Virus record (IMG/VR): IMGVR_UViG_3300046524_000235
Source of the DNA: a virus
Taxonomy: Duplodnaviria; Heunggongvirae; Uroviricota; Caudoviricetes
DNA: 64,000 bases
Strand: one strand, 5' to 3'
Shown here in pieces: positions 52,751-62,314 of the stretch. A model generated the notes under the pieces. It had not been told where the DNA came from, did not search any database, and was given only the letters and a program-made list of their open reading frames with translations. Position numbers and translations under genes: made by a program. Position 1 is the first letter of the stretch; each line of letters starts with the position of its first letter.

Positions 52751-55387
52751 ATGTCATATGTCGTTCCATCAGTACTAGTTTATCAACAGCTCCAAAGCTC
52801 TGGCGGCGTTGCTAACGTTACTCCTGATCTGGAAGTATGCCTAATTGGACCCGCATACAACGTAGTGAGCTACGTAGCAGGTTCAAATGCATCCCTTATC
52901 CAAACTGCAGCAGTTCCAGCAGTAAACGCAATCGGTAGCATGACCCTTGGTTCAGCAGTAGTTACTTTTACTACTCCTGTTCCTTTCGCTATTGGTGACG
53001 TTCTACTTATCCCTGGTGCTTCCACAACAGGTAGTACACTTAGCGCAACTGTACTTTCAGTGTCTGGCCTTACTGCCACGACAGATACTGCTGCAGGTAC
53101 AACTGTAAGCAACGTAACAGTAACGAAGACTGCTGTTATCAGCAACTCAGGTGTTGTAAATACCTTTGGTCTTCCTTCAACTCAACCTGGCCAAGTAGTT
53201 GAGCCAGACTCAGTTCAGGTATATCTGAACAACGCAAAGATCGAAACCCTTGTAAGTGGCTTCCTGGGATATTCAGGCGCAAACCAACTTGATATCTCTA
53301 CACCTACCGGCACAGGTACAACTTCAGCTGGCTCAGCAAGCGTAACCGCAGTTACTAACGCTACTCGTTTCGTAGTTGGCGATGTTATCTCTATCGCTGG
53401 TGCAGGCGCAGCAGGTGCTGCTCTAGTTGCTACGATCAGCAACATTTCAGGTACAACGTTCACAATCTCAGCCCAAGCTGGTACTGCTACAACTGGTGCA
53501 GCAATCACTAAGGCTACGCTTTCAAACGTTAACCAAACAACTTCAACTCTTCTAGTTGAACCAGGTGATGCTATCGATATCGCTTACACGAACACAAGTT
53601 CAGTAGCGAAGGTATTCAGCACGACCGTAACCGCTGTTGTTAATCCGACTTCAACTCTGATTACCCTGAACACTACAGACGTTCTACCGGCTGACCTTAG
53701 CGTTCAAACAACTGTTCCTGGTGCTCTTACTCAAGGCGCAACAAGCGTCACAGTAGCAAGCGCAACTGGTATCGCAATCGGTGATACGATCCTTATCCGT
53801 GGCGCAGGTGCTAACGGTGCAGACCTAGTTGCAAACGTATCAAACGTAGCTACCAACGTTCTTACCATCAGCCCCGCTGTAGGTACAGCAGTTGGCGCAG
53901 GCGCAGTAGTAATCAAGAAGGCTCTGTTCACTGTTAAGACTCGCAAGATTTATAACAACCAGCTTCTTCCTGCTGTAAACCCAAGCACAAGTACATCAAA
54001 CTACGATGCTTCAAACGCTCCTACAACTGGCCAGATCTCAATCGAACCTAATCCGTTCGTAATTTACGGTCGTGTTGTTAGCGGTGAAGTTCACTTTGCT
54101 TACCGTGCTCTTCGTACAGATCTTTCAGGCGCTATCCAAGTTCTGACGACAACTGGTGACATCGAAGGTATCCTTGGTGATACTTCTGATCAAAACCCGC
54201 TTGGCCTGGCTTCAGTAATTTGCATGGCAAATACTACGACTCAGATCAATGTAATCGCAGTACCGAGCGACGACCTTATTGGTTATGAAACCGCTCTTGA
54301 ACTTGCTGAAGGCCATCGTCTTTACGCACTAGTTCCGCTTACACAAGAAGTAGATATTCTTTCAGCATTCCAAGCTCACGTTGACCAAATGTCAACTCCG
54401 CAAGAAGCTGCATGGCGTATCGCTTTGGTTAACACAGCAATTCCTACGAGCCAAAACATTGGTCCGTACTCAAGCGGCTTCGTTAACGCAAACGGTGGAA
54501 ACAACACTATTACTGTTATCAACGGTAACTACGTACTGACAGCCTCAAATGCTACATTCATGTCAGACGGCGTTGTTCCTGGTGACTCAGTTATTGTTAC
54601 TGCTGCTACTGGCACTCCTACTCAAGTTGGTTCACTACAAGTACAACAAGTACTGAATAACCAACAAGTAGTTGTAGCTGCTACTGGTACTGCAACTGCT
54701 GTTAGTTACTACGTTGGTCGTACGCTGAGCAAGGCTCAAAAGGCAACTGCTGTAGCTGCTGCTAGCACAACCTTCACCGACAAGCGTGTGATCCACGTTC
54801 AGCCGGATACAGTTGGTATTACCGTAGATGGCGTTGTTAAGTATCTGCCTGGCTACTACCTGTGTGCTGCTCTTGGTGGCATGGTTGCTGGTTTCCCAGT
54901 ACAACAAGGTTTCACCAACGTTGGTGTTGCAGGCGTTGCAGATCTGAAGTTCTCAAACTTCTATTTCACACGTGCTCAAATGAACACGATGGCTGCTGCA
55001 GGTACGCTGTTGTTCGTACAAGAAACGCAAGGTTCAATTCCTTTCGTTCGCCATGAACTAACGACAGATATGTCAGTACTTGAGTTCCGTGAACTTCTAG
55101 TCGTTAAGAACTGGGACTGGCTCAGCATGTTCTACCATGATCAGCTAGCTTCCTTTATCGGTAAGTGGAACGTTACTCCAGATAGTCTTAATACTCTGCG
55201 TCAAACAATCATCTCTGCTTCAGAGTTGGTTAAGGGTCAAAAACTACCGAAGATCGGTGCACCGCTGCTTAGTTACAAAATTTCTAGCCTGGCTCAAGAT
55301 CCGAACAACAAGGATCAGGTCATTATTAATCTGAACATCAGTGTTGTGTACCCTCTTAATTATATCAATCTGTTCCTCATTATCTAA
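52751..55387 (+). CDS. Contractile tail sheath protein
   Basis: 878 aa; conserved-type C-terminal sheath domain (GFTN...TTD...RELLVVKNWD...I.V.YPLNYI); followed by the tube gene. Confidence 0.85.
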   Translation: MSYVVPSVLVYQQLQSSGGVANVTPDLEVCLIGPAYNVVSYVAGSNASLIQTAAVPAVNAIGSMTLGSAVVTFTTPVPFAIGDVLLIPGASTTGSTLSATVLSVSGLTATTDTAAGTTVSNVTVTKTAVISNSGVVNTFGLPSTQPGQVVEPDSVQVYLNNAKIETLVSGFLGYSGANQLDISTPTGTGTTSAGSASVTAVTNATRFVVGDVISIAGAGAAGAALVATISNISGTTFTISAQAGTATTGAAITKATLSNVNQTTSTLLVEPGDAIDIAYTNTSSVAKVFSTTVTAVVNPTSTLITLNTTDVLPADLSVQTTVPGALTQGATSVTVASATGIAIGDTILIRGAGANGADLVANVSNVATNVLTISPAVGTAVGAGAVVIKKALFTVKTRKIYNNQLLPAVNPSTSTSNYDASNAPTTGQISIEPNPFVIYGRVVSGEVHFAYRALRTDLSGAIQVLTTTGDIEGILGDTSDQNPLGLASVICMANTTTQINVIAVPSDDLIGYETALELAEGHRLYALVPLTQEVDILSAFQAHVDQMSTPQEAAWRIALVNTAIPTSQNIGPYSSGFVNANGGNNTITVINGNYVLTASNATFMSDGVVPGDSVIVTAATGTPTQVGSLQVQQVLNNQQVVVAATGTATAVSYYVGRTLSKAQKATAVAAASTTFTDKRVIHVQPDTVGITVDGVVKYLPGYYLCAALGGMVAGFPVQQGFTNVGVAGVADLKFSNFYFTRAQMNTMAAAGTLLFVQETQGSIPFVRHELTTDMSVLEFRELLVVKNWDWLSMFYHDQLASFIGKWNVTPDSLNTLRQTIISASELVKGQKLPKIGAPLLSYKISSLAQDPNNKDQVIINLNISVVYPLNYINLFLII

Positions 55388-55402
55388 TGAGTTCAGAAAA
55401 CT

Positions 55403-55435
55403 AAAAAAAGCCCGGAGAAATCTGGGCTTTTTTGT
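55403..55435. terminator. Bidirectional intrinsic terminator
   Basis: A run, AGCCCGGA/TCTGGGCT stem, T run; between convergent genes. Confidence 0.75.
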
Positions 55436-55441
55436 TTGTAT

Positions 55442-56260
55442 CTATCTTTTTACAAAAGAGTGTAACTCAATAGGATCGACTATCAGATTATCTCTACCCG
55501 GTACAAATTCGACATCTAAATTCAATACGTTATTTTCTACCAACTTACGTATGTCTAAATAGCTATTAGCTCCGCTTTTTATGTATCCGATCTTGTCAAG
55601 TATGGGGGTAAAAATTGGCAGAAAATTATTACCTTTAGAACTTAGACGTTTGAATATATTACAAATAGTACTTTTATCAACACCCAATTTTTTAGCAAAA
55701 TCTGATGCTTTGTATGATGGATTTGAAATAAGCAAATGTATGAAAGCTAGTACATCTCTATCAGATATTTTTCTGTGAATCAACGCCGCCTTGAACCCGG
55801 AAATCTCTGACTGAAGACGTTCTTCATTAGATTGGGTTTTACCCCTAGTTTTATCGTGCAACGTTTTTAATTGCAAAAGTCTATCTTTCTCATTTGCATA
55901 ATAAGCATTCTTCATTTTAGAAACAGTCTCTTCAGTCATATCAACTGATCCAGCTGTTCTTGTTATATTGAAATCTTCCCTAGATAGTTTATTTAAGTGT
56001 ATCTGTTCTCTGCTTAGTAAATCGATTCTGTCTACAACTAATTCCACTACTTTAAATACAAAACTTTCGGGCCCGTATTTGTCGAAGGAAAACTGGAGGT
56101 GTCTATTTCCGTGAGTTTTAGAAGCTAAAGCTCTTAAGTGATCCTTGTGTCTTCTGCAAAACTTAGTCGTTGATCCAACGTATTGTCTACCATTCGCCAA
56201 GCAAGTTATAGAGTAGATTCCTGCCAAATTTTTTTCGTTATTTTCTACTTCAAACTTCAT
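55442..56260 (-). mobile_element. Free-standing GIY-YIG homing endonuclease
   Basis: GIYSI...QYVGST...RHKDH...HGNRHLQ...EQ catalytic domain; antisense insertion between sheath and tube; AT-rich. Confidence 0.88.
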
Positions 56261-56368
56261 TTTTTATATACATGTCCTTCTCTAACTTCCAATTAAAATA
56301 CAACCGTAGGGTACAGGTTGTCTCAATCTTCTTGTACCAAAGAATTCATTTTTAAGGATAGATACTAT

Positions 56369-57046
56369 ATGGCAGCCGATGCTACCAATGACCGCCTAAC
56401 CACCGTCCAGGAAGCTGGGTTTGGACTCGGCTGGGACTGGAAGAACGAGTACATCTCGAAGCTTAACCAGGACGGCTATGAGCGGTTCTCACAATTTTCA
56501 GCTTCACCGGACACCACAGCGTTATTCGCTGGTCCAGCACGTTTCACAGGCCTCTCAGGTGGCGTTGGTGATCTAGTGCCTATCGGTCTAACCGATAACA
56601 TTCAGATGAGCGCAGACGCAGGTCTAGCACGTCTATTCGAAGTAGGTTCAAATCGTTCATTCTTCACACGTGGTAAGACACAACATGCTATTTCACTTAG
56701 CAAGTTCCTCGCTGACCAAGGCAACGTTCTGTTTGCTCTTTCACAGCAAGCTTATCGCCCAGCAATGAACAACGGTGGTTTCGGTGCTCCAGGTGCTGAT
56801 TCTCCTAACACCTACATTCAGATGAACCTTGACTCAGAAACGTTCGCAGTACCGTTTGGTCTTCTGATGGTATTCAAGACTCGTGGCGGTGGTTCAGATG
56901 GTTTCGGCCAAGCTCTTGCCGGTCTGTACCTCGAATACTGTATGTTCCAAAACTACAGTTTCGCAGTTGCAAGCGCACAGCCTGTAATTGCTGAAAACGT
57001 CTCGATTCAATTCGACCGACCAGTTCCAGTAAGCTTCAACGGATAA
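56369..57046 (+). CDS. Tail tube protein
   Basis: ATG 56369 with AAGGA RBS; 225 aa after the sheath; LFEVGS motif and beta-rich pattern. Confidence 0.7.
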   Translation: MAADATNDRLTTVQEAGFGLGWDWKNEYISKLNQDGYERFSQFSASPDTTALFAGPARFTGLSGGVGDLVPIGLTDNIQMSADAGLARLFEVGSNRSFFTRGKTQHAISLSKFLADQGNVLFALSQQAYRPAMNNGGFGAPGADSPNTYIQMNLDSETFAVPFGLLMVFKTRGGGSDGFGQALAGLYLEYCMFQNYSFAVASAQPVIAENVSIQFDRPVPVSFNG

Positions 57047-57079
57047 AAAAAGGCCCTGAGAAATCGGGGCCTTTCTTCT

Positions 57080-57418
57080 TTACATGTGCTTCCAGACCTT
57101 AGAGGTCTTTCTGAAGACGATGTAGTAATTCCCCAACAGTCCCATAAGGAACGCTGTCATCCAAATAGGATCAGGTTGCACTTCACGTGCAATCAACCAC
57201 AGAATGATCAGATACGGGACTTGAATCAGTATCGTGAACCACCTGGTCATGTAGAACGGAATGTTACCGTTGAACATTTCCTTGAGACTGATGTTCGGCA
57301 AATCTTCCACCAGCTCAAATACTTTTCTGTATTTCATCTGAGCAAATATGTTCAAGATGATGGAGAAGAATGACACAGCGATGAAACCGTAGAAACTGAA
57401 CAGGCAGAATTCGTGCAC
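57080..57418 (-). CDS. Membrane protein (three TM segments)
   Basis: Hydrophobic segments; follows promoter motif 57466. Confidence 0.6.
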   Translation of the reverse strand: MHEFCLFSFYGFIAVSFFSIILNIFAQMKYRKVFELVEDLPNISLKEMFNGNIPFYMTRWFTILIQVPYLIILWLIAREVQPDPIWMTAFLMGLLGNYYIVFRKTSKVWKHM

Positions 57419-57551
57419 GGTCTTACTCCTGAATAGGTTTTAAAATCATTGTTATTACTAATTTTCTTATACCAGTTTCAACATTCGAAAATTGAAAAAG
57501 AGCCCGATGATATCTGGGCTTAAGTACTACTCACCCTACCACGGGTCTCTC

Positions 57552-57881
57552 TCAGGCTATTGCGCCTCGTACTGGGAACTTACGTGCCAGTCGGTGTTCG
57601 TCTCTTGCAATGGCCTCGTCGATACAGACAAGTGCTGCCTCTAAGTCTTTTACTCTCTTATCTCTATCTGATGTGCACGCTATCCGCTGGATTTCTATTT
57701 CTATTCCCTTTTTCGCCCCCGTTATAATATTTTCCAAGCAGTGACCTTTCATCACGCCGAATGCTTCAGTAGGTTGCCCTTCCACTTGCAGTAACTCCAA
57801 TCGAACTCCTGGAATCTCGAATGATATCAGCACGGACTTTCCATTGGTCCCGTATCTTGTGCGAATATATCTATTAGACAT
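57552..57881 (-). CDS. Hypothetical protein
   Basis: Start reassigned to ATG 57881, downstream of promoter motif 57927. Confidence 0.55.
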   Translation of the reverse strand: MSNRYIRTRYGTNGKSVLISFEIPGVRLELLQVEGQPTEAFGVMKGHCLENIITGAKKGIEIEIQRIACTSDRDKRVKDLEAALVCIDEAIARDEHRLARKFPVRGAIA

Positions 57882-57990
57882 TTTGGTCGCCCCCGTAAGC
57901 GTAATCTGGTTTTTAACTACAATATACTTATACCAAATAGTCCTTCCAGATGCTAAAAAAGACCCAGTGTTACCTGGGCCTTCTTCTACC

Positions 57991-58278
57991 TTACCACTCC
58001 AAAACCGGAGTATGAATGAATTCGAAATGGGCACTGAGAAGTTTCAAGTACACCCCCATGCTCATGCCCAGCACTTCGTTGCAGACCGTGAAGAGGGTCA
58101 TTGCAGCTGTGTATGCAAGGCGATAGTTCAACAACGAATCCTTATCGTTGTAAACTTGATGAAGGTTCTTACGACCTTCTAGCGTGTGCATTGCCCCAAC
58201 AAACTTCCTGAGAACCATTTCATTGACGCTCAGATTCTGGTTCTCAGTTTTTTCCAGGAAACGAATTTGACTTGCCAT
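57991..58278 (-). CDS. Hypothetical protein
   Basis: 95 aa with AGGA RBS and downstream terminator. Confidence 0.6.
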   Translation of the reverse strand: MASQIRFLEKTENQNLSVNEMVLRKFVGAMHTLEGRKNLHQVYNDKDSLLNYRLAYTAAMTLFTVCNEVLGMSMGVYLKLLSAHFEFIHTPVLEW

Positions 58279-58448
58279 GTCTTGATTCCTTAAATCAGTC
58301 TGTGTTAAAATTAGTTTACACTTGCGAAACGAGGGATTCCCCGTCCCACTTTAAGAACAAATACAAGTTTCTACAAGATCTTGGTTGTTTCGCTCCTTTC
58401 TACCAAGAAGTTCAAACCCGGTGCAATGCCGGGTTTTTTGTTGCTCCC

Positions 58449-58874
58449 TTACATGAACGATCCAGCGCCTGCACTTACCTTAGCTACGGTGCCCTGCGAC
58501 ACTCGTATCTTTTCTTTCTTTGCCTGTTCGAAGTCCATGTTACGCCGAAGTGCAGTCAGATACTCGACAGCCTTGGGGATACTGTATGCATGAACATCAC
58601 ACGGACCACGAGTCACAGCATCATCGGTAATACTGTCGTACGTGTGTTCACCGTTCTGCTCAGAGACATATCCGGTCTCTTGCCAGTCGATTGCGATGAC
58701 GCGTTTGCGCCAGCCAATCTTGATCGTGCCATACTGCGTGTCCACCAGCCACCACGGCGACCCTGCAATAAGCTCGACATACGCTTTGGGCCAGTATTCG
58801 TTTTCTATCTGGGTCGTTTTCTTGACATTAAACCCTGCCAGCAGGAACATCGACTTAACTTGATCTTCACGCAT
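58449..58874 (-). CDS. Hypothetical protein
   Basis: 141 aa; IENEYWP...PWWLV...IKIGWRKRVI pattern of a common phage hypothetical. Confidence 0.65.
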   Translation of the reverse strand: MREDQVKSMFLLAGFNVKKTTQIENEYWPKAYVELIAGSPWWLVDTQYGTIKIGWRKRVIAIDWQETGYVSEQNGEHTYDSITDDAVTRGPCDVHAYSIPKAVEYLTALRRNMDFEQAKKEKIRVSQGTVAKVSAGAGSFM

Positions 58875-58897
58875 GATTTAGCCTTATATGAAACGGG

Positions 58898-59734
58898 TTA
58901 TTGGAACTTTGCTTCGAACTCTTCAAGCATACTGCAAATGTCTGCTTCTGTAACTTCTCTGGTTATCAACGAGGTATCAATCATGAATTCCTTGTTGAAC
59001 CCAGTTTCCTTCTCTCCGTACCCTTGATACCCGAACGGATTCCTGATGACTCTGGTGTTGCCGATCTTTTCATCCATAGCAACATGGCTGTGACCGTGAA
59101 TCCAGACATCAGGAGATTTTTCAGATTCGAGGATATGATCCAACGCGCTGAAATAGCCACAGTTGGCACTGCTGTACTGGTACTGCTTTGCTACTGCCCG
59201 GAACGAAGGGCCATGATGAGTAATAACGACTTTCTTGTGATCCTTGAAATTTTCTGACTTCAAGCACTCTTCAATGAATCCAACCATGAACTCATGCTTC
59301 TGGTTAGTGAAGTCAGTCGTAAGACTCGGACAATGTCTGAAGTCTGCCATGAAGTGCTTGACGATATCTGCATTGATTGGATTCCACAGATTCGTCCAGA
59401 GAGTTCCGCCGATAAAGAGGACGTCATCAATTTGACGATAATCCTCATTGAGAACAGCGACGTTAGGCATCCCTGAAAACACTGTCTTCAGGTCCTTAAC
59501 GAGACCTCTACAATCCTCTGAGCCCCAGTATTCATGGTTACCTGGCACATAAAGGATACGTTTGTACACATCGGCCAGTGCTCGCTTGAGAAGGCCTATG
59601 TTGCGCCATTCACACATGTCTCCTGCGAACACTATTACGTCTGCTTCTGGATTGATAATGGAATGCAGTACACCTTCCCACTGCTTACCTTCCAGACAAT
59701 CTAGATGCAAATCTGAAATAGGTTGAACTTTCAA
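58898..59734 (-). CDS. Calcineurin-like metallophosphoesterase
   Basis: TTG start with AAGGAGGT RBS; SDLH, AGDM, GNHE, THH and GHSH motifs. Confidence 0.9.
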   Translation of the reverse strand: MKVQPISDLHLDCLEGKQWEGVLHSIINPEADVIVFAGDMCEWRNIGLLKRALADVYKRILYVPGNHEYWGSEDCRGLVKDLKTVFSGMPNVAVLNEDYRQIDDVLFIGGTLWTNLWNPINADIVKHFMADFRHCPSLTTDFTNQKHEFMVGFIEECLKSENFKDHKKVVITHHGPSFRAVAKQYQYSSANCGYFSALDHILESEKSPDVWIHGHSHVAMDEKIGNTRVIRNPFGYQGYGEKETGFNKEFMIDTSLITREVTEADICSMLEEFEAKFQ

Positions 59735-59792
59735 AATACCTCCTTGAGGTGAAAGACTTATTCTATAATACTTATACCAAATTGAGGTATAA

Positions 59793-60836
59793 ATGATGCT
59801 TAACAATCCGTCTAAAATTGACAACACTTTTGATGAAGGTACTGTAACAGAAGTCGATCCAATTCGTTCCTTCTGTAAGGTAAAAACTCTTCGTGGACAG
59901 AACCTAGACCAGGTTCAATGGGGTCAACCGTCAGGTGGATCGAGTCGTGCTGGTGACAGAGTAACGCCTGTGATGGGGGATAGGGTTGTTGTCATGCATG
60001 GTCTTGGATATCCATTAATTATTCTATTCCTACCTCGTACACAAACCTCTGATAGTGCGTTTCCTATCAATATCGATACTGGCACTTTAGCAGTAGACAC
60101 GGGTAATTTCAGTCCAGAAGGTGTAAATGCTATTAACGACGTTAACAAAGCTGGAGATTTATCTGTAGGAGATCGTGTCATTGCCTCTAGCGGAGGTGGT
60201 ATACTAGCGGTACTTAGAGGGGGCTCTCTATTAATGAGAAGTTCACGATTGGCTGAGATCTTTATCTCTAAGTGGGACGATGTTGTACGCATTGTTTCTC
60301 GTAACTTTGAACACTTTACTGATGTGAGTTCTGACATCGTTAAGAATATCAAAGGTCGAGTATATCGATACACAGGATACGCAGCAACATCTGATGCAGC
60401 AAAGATAGAGAACTACGGATACAACCTGTACTACGGTGATGTTGCTTTAGCTCAGGCTGTAAAGACTGGTTATCAAAATGCAGGTGCTCCTCCTGCAAGT
60501 TCTTCAATCATTTTCAGGGAAGAAGTTCCAGCCGGTTCAATGTATCGAATTGTGGATGGAGTATCAGGAGCAGTAACTCAAGTAGTAGGACAGACAAAGA
60601 TATACCAAGACGGCACTAAGGTTACGGTTGACTTTGGTGGGAACCACATCGCCACTTGGGATGGTTCTCAAATCAAACTTGATTACGAAGGGCAACAAAC
60701 TGTTACAGTTAACGGTAGCGTCATTGACCTAAAACATAGTAGTGGTGCCGAAGTCAATCTTAGCAGTGATGGCGCAAAAACAACGTTTAACGGTCACTTC
60801 GTTAATGTCACATCAGGTGGCGTTCAAATGGGATAA
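59793..60836 (+). CDS. Baseplate hub/spike-like protein (OB-fold N-terminus, beta-repeat C-terminus)
   Basis: GTVTEVDP...P..GDRVVV OB-fold pattern; short beta-strand repeats at the C-terminus. Confidence 0.6.
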   Translation: MMLNNPSKIDNTFDEGTVTEVDPIRSFCKVKTLRGQNLDQVQWGQPSGGSSRAGDRVTPVMGDRVVVMHGLGYPLIILFLPRTQTSDSAFPINIDTGTLAVDTGNFSPEGVNAINDVNKAGDLSVGDRVIASSGGGILAVLRGGSLLMRSSRLAEIFISKWDDVVRIVSRNFEHFTDVSSDIVKNIKGRVYRYTGYAATSDAAKIENYGYNLYYGDVALAQAVKTGYQNAGAPPASSSIIFREEVPAGSMYRIVDGVSGAVTQVVGQTKIYQDGTKVTVDFGGNHIATWDGSQIKLDYEGQQTVTVNGSVIDLKHSSGAEVNLSSDGAKTTFNGHFVNVTSGGVQMG

Positions 60837-60839
60837 TTT

Positions 60840-62006
60840 ATGTTTACTAAATTTTTAAGTTGGCTCGGTTCACTTTTCAGAAAGAGCCAAACAGATAAAG
60901 GAGAGGTTGTGAGAAAGAAGATTCAGTTTATTTTGAAGTATAGAGAAAATGCCTACACAGATGAAGGTGGGTACTGCAGTACAGGGATGTTAGAAAGCGG
61001 TTTGTTTAACAGCGCACGATTCATGGTTGACATGCTAAATGATCATCCAGACATGTTCGAAGCAGAAATCGTACACGTAGAAGACAACAACGGTATTGAT
61101 AGAGAAGTTACTAGATACAAACCAGACATTGTAGTAATCGAAGCATACTGGGTAGTTCCAGAGAAGTTTGAAGTTCTGACAAAGCTACATCCAAAGGTTA
61201 AGTGGGTTATTCGCAATCACAGTAAGTCACCGTTCTTGGCAAATGAAGGCATTGCGTTTGATTGGTCAATGAGATACACAGACTATCCTAACGTTTACGT
61301 TTCATCAAATGCAGAAAATACGAACAGCGAAATCGCTCAACTAGTGTATAACCATCATGCCGATTGGTCACTAGCACAAGCAAAAGAACGCTGCCCGTAT
61401 CTTCCTAACTACTACCCTATCCAGAAGTTGAAGTGTGATCGTCACGATTATAAGCCTCACAACCATGAAGTTCATATCGGATGTTTCGGTGCAATTCGCC
61501 CTCTGAAGAACCATGTAATCCAAGCACTTGCTGCAATCAAGTTTGCTGATCGTATTGGTAAGAAGTTGTTCTTTCACATCAATAGTACTCGTCTTGAGAA
61601 CGCTGGCTCCAACCAGGTACTTAAGAATCTACAAATGATCTTTAATGGCATTGATCATGAGTTAGTTGAGCATTCTTGGATGAAACATGCTGACTTCATC
61701 AAACTGATCGGCACAATGGATTTTGGCCTACAAGTATCTTACACTGAAACTTTCAACATTGTAACTGCTGATCAAGTTTCTCAAGGTGTACCAGTAGTTG
61801 TTTCTGATGAAGTAGATTGGGTAGATGGCTTATTCCATGCGGATCCCAACGATTCAGATGACATTGCTGAGAAGTTGTTTATTGCCAACATCTATGCTCG
61901 TGCTCAAGGTTGGGTGTATAAAAATCACAACAACCTCGATAGATACAATGAAAAAACTGAGAGACAGTGGATTCACGAAATTCAACGTCTAACTGCGAAA
62001 AGCTAA
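60840..62006 (+). CDS. Glycosyltransferase, GT-B fold (GT4-like)
   Basis: CFGAIRPLKNH and SYTETFNIVTAD...GVPVVVS donor-binding motifs. Confidence 0.8.
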   Translation: MFTKFLSWLGSLFRKSQTDKGEVVRKKIQFILKYRENAYTDEGGYCSTGMLESGLFNSARFMVDMLNDHPDMFEAEIVHVEDNNGIDREVTRYKPDIVVIEAYWVVPEKFEVLTKLHPKVKWVIRNHSKSPFLANEGIAFDWSMRYTDYPNVYVSSNAENTNSEIAQLVYNHHADWSLAQAKERCPYLPNYYPIQKLKCDRHDYKPHNHEVHIGCFGAIRPLKNHVIQALAAIKFADRIGKKLFFHINSTRLENAGSNQVLKNLQMIFNGIDHELVEHSWMKHADFIKLIGTMDFGLQVSYTETFNIVTADQVSQGVPVVVSDEVDWVDGLFHADPNDSDDIAEKLFIANIYARAQGWVYKNHNNLDRYNEKTERQWIHEIQRLTAKS

Positions 62007-62033
62007 AAAAAGCCGGGTTCAACCCCGGCTTTC
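62005..62033. terminator. Bidirectional intrinsic terminator closing the RT operon
   Basis: A7, AGCCGGG/CCCGGCT stem, TTT. Confidence 0.8.
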
Positions 62034-62043
62034 TATTTGGTTC

Positions 62044-62130
62044 CTAAGAAGTAATCATGGGTACTACGTTCGTTTCATTGCAGTGTACGAGTCCATCTAC
62101 TGCACCGAGATGTGGATTTATGCGGTCCAT
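62044..62130 (-). CDS. 28-aa ORF downstream of RT (not in ORF track)
   Basis: AGGGAGAG RBS; MDRINPHLGAVDGLVHCNETNVVPMITS; ends before the terminator. Confidence 0.4.
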   Translation of the reverse strand: MDRINPHLGAVDGLVHCNETNVVPMITS

Positions 62131-62146
62131 TTCAACTCTCCCTGTT

Positions 62147-62314
62147 TATACTACGGTTAAGAATAACTTCTTACTGCGGTAGTACAGGCCAAGCTCCGGA
62201 AGCAGACTACAGTTCTTTTACCCAGAAGAACTAGTCAGAAAAAACTGGCAAAGCTTTCGTAATGGCGGATACGATTACTTTACGGTGTTGCTGAGTCTAG
62301 CGACATAAATACTT
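62147..62314 (-). ncRNA. Candidate retron-like ncRNA (permuted msd-a2-a1-msr arrangement) downstream of RT
   Basis: ORF-free spacer with consecutive hairpins: AGUUCUU/AAGAACU stem followed by G, a GUC..GGC stem-loop and a UGUACUAC/GUAGUAUA stem-loop. Folded by eye only. Confidence 0.45.

Larger units (their letters stand above)
12516..56300 (+). promoter_or_regulatory. Candidate late promoter core TAAAATA upstream of structural genes
   Basis: Seen at 12516, 16132, 22113, 33616, 36288, 39120, 41936, 43366, 46544, 49600, 50913, 52669 and 56294, shortly before late gene starts. The 7-mer is AT-only, so support is positional rather than by count. Confidence 0.6.

Noticed and set aside
59735-59827. 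Tracked starts of 58898..59827, and likewise 57552..58034, 56318..57046 and 15560..15994
   Set aside because: The extensions cross promoter motifs or neighbouring genes; better RBS-supported starts lie downstream (59734, 57881, 56369, 15934).
1838-61577. Numerous 60-130 aa track ORFs nested in or antisense to long genes (for example 1838..2083, 10455..10685, 20058..20288, 42770..43171, 53215..53508)
   Set aside because: They are fully contained in well-supported genes, lack RBSs and have no recognisable motifs.
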